A DNA stretch of 63,695 bases, filler included, from Globobulimina sp. (taxonomy: Eukaryota): NCBI GenBank assembly GCA_003354225.1. It is 45 parts of 45 records of this genome, joined end to end, with 100 filler letters (N's around TTAATTAATTAA, not from the genome) between each part and the next. Parts side by side here need not be neighbours in the genome. Positions count along the whole stretch, not along the records: positions 59,545 to 60,861 come from PIVH01018792.1; positions 60,962 to 62,278 come from PIVH01018793.1; positions 62,379 to 63,695 come from PIVH01018794.1; 42 more parts are not named here. One strand, 5' to 3'. This document shows positions 59,766 through 63,695 of this stretch, in pieces. Below the pieces are notes generated by a model. The model made no database searches, had not been told where the DNA came from, and saw only the letters and a program-made list of their open reading frames with translations. Position 1 is the first letter of the stretch, and each line of letters begins with the position of its first letter. Both the position numbers and the translations under genes were made by a program.

Positions 59766-60740
59766 TTAATACTTAACTGTCCAACATGATACCTTTTCCA
59801 GTTTATCCCCTATAACCATTTCATTATGAAACTTGACTTCAGTGAACGTTTGATTTCTGGCAATGCTCTGAAATTGTCCCAAAACCAGAAAACTGAGAAA
59901 AAATAAGCCCAACACTCCTAATGCTGGCAAAAAAGTGAAAATAAAAAATATAATGCCATTATATTCTATTCCGCCAAATACATTTTGAATCACATTCTGT
60001 TTTGAAAAGGGCGTGCAACATATAAATAATATCCATGCCAATGCACTGTACATCAGAAATTGACAAAAGTACCTCTGATTGTTTGAGCCAACACAATTAT
60101 TTAAAAAAGTGCAATGATGATCGATGCGGGTCACGCAAATATTACATCGTTTACAATGTCCTGTGCGCTGTGGACGAAACATATTACATTTAGAACAATA
60201 TAATTTGCTATTTTTGGTTATAATCATGGAGGTGCCATGCATCAATGTATCAACTGCATAAATAGGATCTGAAGGGCGAGTCATTGGACTGCCGTCCCAC
60301 AGCTTCCATGCCTTTGGAATTGGGCCTGAATTAAGTTTACATATAACAAATTGTGGGGAAATGGAGGTGAGTATATATTGAATACCAGGATGCGAATATT
60401 TTGCTTTGAAATAAGACCAATACCATAGAAAAATCAATATAATGCAGAACGTACACAACAGCGTTCGAAACAATAGCAAGTGTTGTTGGTGTGTGTGATC
60501 TCGCAAAATAACTAGAAAAGGTATGTTGGGAATGATATACATAAAGCTGTAATACACATAAACTGTAAATATCAATGGCACAAAAACAGCACAAAATTTG
60601 CCATAACGGCGTGTTCTGCGGATTTCCTGTTCTTTCATTAGTTGTTCTATATCATTTACTACAGTCTTTGTTGAACATTTTGCGGCTTTACATTCATGAT
60701 TATGTGACGCTTTACGCCGATTTTTAGCATTGTGATTCAC
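59766..60740 (-). CDS. DHHC palmitoyltransferase; probable in-frame intron 60326-60385; 3' end likely spliced
   Basis: CSKC...RPQRTGHCKRCNICVTRIDHHCTFLNNCVGSNNQRYF, NQTFTE. Confidence 0.93.
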   Translation of the reverse strand: MNHNAKNRRKASHNHECKAAKCSTKTVVNDIEQLMKEQEIRRTRRYGKFCAVFVPLIFTVYVYYSFMYIIPNIPFLVILRDHTHQQHLLLFRTLLCTFCIILIFLWYWSYFKAKYSHPGIQYILTSISPQFVICKLNSGPIPKAWKLWDGSPMTRPSDPIYAVDTLMHGTSMIITKNSKLYCSKCNMFRPQRTGHCKRCNICVTRIDHHCTFLNNCVGSNNQRYFCQFLMYSALAWILFICCTPFSKQNVIQNVFGGIEYNGIIFFIFTFLPALGVLGLFFLSFLVLGQFQSIARNQTFTEVKFHNEMVIGDKLEKVSCWTVKY

Positions 60741-60961
60741 CTTTGTTTCGATAAAAGAATTATTTTAAGACAATCAACAACGTAAAAATAACTGTTTACA
60801 TACTCTATATTGACTCGCATAATGATCAATGGGATAACGCACATTACGCACCCCATCATCANNNNNNNNNNNNNNNNNNNNNNNNNNNNNNNNNNNNNNN
60901 NNNNNTTAATTAATTAANNNNNNNNNNNNNNNNNNNNNNNNNNNNNNNNNNNNNNNNNNNN

Positions 60962-62107
60962 ATAGTCTGCCATCTCCTCTCCCAACTTAATGGTTGCCGC
61001 CAACAGTTCTTTTCCTTTCAACCCTTTCAATGCCAATTGGCCGCAGGCACCGTCGACGTCCCTCCCGGATGTAGTCGACTTGCGAATGGTGCAAAAGATG
61101 CCATTCTTAATTACTATCTCTTTAAATGCTTCCAGTTGATTCTGATTTGGTGGTTCAAACTTATGTTCATCCCCAATCTCCGTTGGATTGTATGGTATCA
61201 AATTAATGCATATCTTCTCTTTAATACCATCCCCAGCTTCAACAAACAACTTCGACAACGCAATAGCATGCGCTTTAAATGCATTTACATTTCCAATCAT
61301 AATATATTCAATAAATATTTTATTATTTGTGCTGTTAATATGATAAACAATGGCATTCATGATTTTTTTCATAGTGAATGCATTGGAGGTTGGCACAATT
61401 TGCTTCCTTACAACCTGCGAAGGTGCATGCAAACTAATCGCCAGGTTTGCTTTGGGGAAATCGTGTGTGAATAATCTCATTTTAGTCACCACGCCAACGG
61501 TGGATAACGTGATATGATTCCAAGCTAAATTGAATAGGCATCGATCATGCATTCCATGTATGGCTTGTTTTACCTCTTTATAGTTATCCAATGGCTCGCC
61601 CATTCCCATAAACACAATGTTTCTGATGTTGGAATTAGTCAATTTTGCGTGAACTATTTGCTCCAAAATTTCAGCAGCGGTGAGATGTCCGATCAGGCCC
61701 AAACTGCCAGTCGCACAAAATGTGCACGCCATTTTACATCCAATCTGCGAGGATACACAAACGACATTGTGTCCGCCAGAGCGGGTGTCGCTGTGTCGAA
61801 TTATAACGGCTTCGATCATGTTATCATCTTGTAATTGAATTAATAATTTGCTTGTTTTCTTATCTGATGAGGTTGATACCGTTTTTAATGTGGATGTTAA
61901 TGGAACAAAATTTGCTGATAACACTTTTGCTGCTTTTTTCGGTAAACCTGGAATGTCTGAGAATTGTAATGAGGGATTTTTCATCATTAGTCGCCATATT
62001 GTTTTAGCGTGGAGTTCTTTGATTTCATTCTCTTTAAAAAATGCAAGTAATGATTCTTTATCGAATATTGAGTTAGGTTTTAATTCACGTTTACGAAAGG
62101 AAGGCAT
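60962..62107 (-). CDS. rlmN: RlmN/Cfr-family radical SAM RNA methyltransferase, 3' truncated
   Basis: CVSSQIGCKMACTFCATG, VFMGMGEP, TLSTVG, LAISLHA, INLIPYNP, GACGQL. Confidence 0.9.
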
Positions 62108-62516
62108 GGTCAAAACAAACTGTCTGAAAAAGTGTTTTTTTCAGACTATTATCCAGTTTCAGTTGTTATAAAATGTTTATATCTGATATGTTGATACCAT
62201 TCTTGACAATTTCGTGCAAGGTATATTCACTTTTTTTTAGTTTCATTTTATCCATTTCCTGAATCCACCACTTGACAANNNNNNNNNNNNNNNNNNNNNN
62301 NNNNNNNNNNNNNNNNNNNNNNTTAATTAATTAANNNNNNNNNNNNNNNNNNNNNNNNNNNNNNNNNNNNNNNNNNNNTTGATATACTGTACAATTAATT
62401 TAATTTAATTAATGTTGTTAGAGTTATTAAAAGTTTAACCAACTGTCCAAAAATAACAACCCCTTTGTATACCGAAAATTCAATTATAAATTTGTTTTGA
62501 CTTTGTTCTGGATTTG

Positions 62517-62591
62517 CAAACCACTCTAGCTAACCCAAAAACCTTGCCAATCACAAAAGAAGTGTTTAGAAGTTTAAGCCTAAAAAGTCAA
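62517..62591 (+). repeat. Repeat family A copy
   Basis: CAAACCACTCTAGCTAACCCAAAAACCTTGCCAATCACAAAAGAAGTGTTTAGAAG. Confidence 0.9.
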
Positions 62592-62940
62592 GTATAGCAA
62601 ACAGTTTCTCAGATAATTGAATAAAATGTATACAACGTTTAACGATGAGTTCCGATAATCAGAAGTATATCACGTTATTCCGTACAGGCTCACAGCTGAC
62701 AGCTGTGTCGTGACTTTTTTTCTTTAATGCCGTAACATTAAGGTCGAGGAAAAATGTCGGAATTTATAACGAATATTTGAAAACCCTGCAGCTTTGAGAA
62801 AAAAGAAAGTATAAAATGAAAATTATATATGTATAATTATGGAAACTAGTTTATTGTATAATGCATGTACATATATTGTTTACTGTATAGTGAATACATT
62901 ATACAAAGAAAGTATATAACCATTAACCATATTGATGATA

Positions 62941-63695
62941 TTATGTTGTTGTTCTATGTTTAAAATATATTGGTATTACAGGATGGATCCCTCTGTTTAT
63001 ACCCCAGGTTCTTTTAATATTCTGTGGCAAATTATGATTATATATCACATATTTGCTGATCAGCAATGCAAACACAGCGTACATAATTTGCATTGCAATG
63101 CCCTTCCCAACACAGCAATTGTTACAATATCCAAACACCAAAAACGATTTCATTTTATTTCTATTGAATTTACGATCTTTATCTAACCACCGATTTATAT
63201 TAAATTTGGACCCATTTTTCTGATGATAATGCATCGAGAGATGGTTAATTATCACTGTCGATCCTTTATAAATTGTATAACCATTAATATCGACATCATT
63301 CACACATTTATGTGGCAGGCCAAATGGTAAAATAACACCAAATCGTAATATTTCATGAACAAATGCTCGCAAAAAATGTAGTTCATTTTGTAATAGCGAT
63401 GGTTTATACTTATCATATTGCGCCAATTCATTATGTATTTTCCTCTCAAGTTTCGGATATTTGCATAACATAACAAGTCCAAATTCAATGTGTTTTGCGG
63501 TGGTCTCCATCCCCGCACCCAATAAGGCATAAACATCCATTGCTATTTGTTCAATGTCCATATCATTGATCAGTATTTTATTCAGCATCGCCGATTTATT
63601 TTTAATCTCTTTATTCCATTCTGTGGTTTTGCCATAATTCGAGACGCGAACTATTTCATGTTTCGACAAATAATATTTCAAATGCTAAAAAGCAA
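62941..63695 (-). CDS. Cytochrome P450 C-terminal half
   Basis: AGMETT (I-helix), EILR (ExxR), GLPH, FNINRW, heme region FGYCNNCCVG. Confidence 0.85.

Noticed and set aside
1320-62378. Regularly spaced TTAATTAATTAA as a biological repeat or array
   Set aside because: Always embedded in N44 runs; a synthetic six-frame-stop linker. ORFs ending in X..LIN or X..N are artefacts.

Overview
This window is not a contiguous locus. It is 45 unrelated short contigs sorted by length (1319, then 1318, then 1317 bp), joined by 44 artificial 100-bp linkers (N44-TTAATTAATTAA-N44), so neighbourhoods across linkers mean nothing. Most contigs are AT-rich eukaryotic nuclear DNA with short (50-90 nt) GT-AG introns, standard genetic code, and paralogous SPRY/B30.2, ankyrin/SAM, TPR and 7TM genes. 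This is consistent with a protist, probably a foraminiferan or other rhizarian (inference). Recognisable genes include a CIB-like EF-hand protein, an NRF-6-type acyltransferase, a NOT4-like RRM, bL21, Rpn3, a CK1-like kinase, VMP1, a CASD1/Cas1p acetyltransferase, uL13, a DHHC palmitoyltransferase, an RlmN-like radical SAM enzyme and a P450. Two contigs are bacterial (HAMP-SpoIIE phosphatase; PEP-CTERM protein plus ArsR regulator), and one fuses a bacterial PNPase KH domain in frame to an unrelated ORF. Main points of interest: (1) a Polinton/Maverick-type protein-primed PolB with a non-canonical motif B, whose contig begins exactly at an AGTAGTAG terminus; (2) two tRNA-like Pol III elements with intact D and T arms but broken anticodon loops; (3) an abundant inverted-repeat interspersed element family and several MITE-like elements; (4) relics of RLE-type non-LTR, Mutator/Kolobok-like and CxC5/KDZ transposons; (5) a polyenoic fatty acid isomerase-like gene. 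All protein calls come from motif recognition by eye, with no database search.
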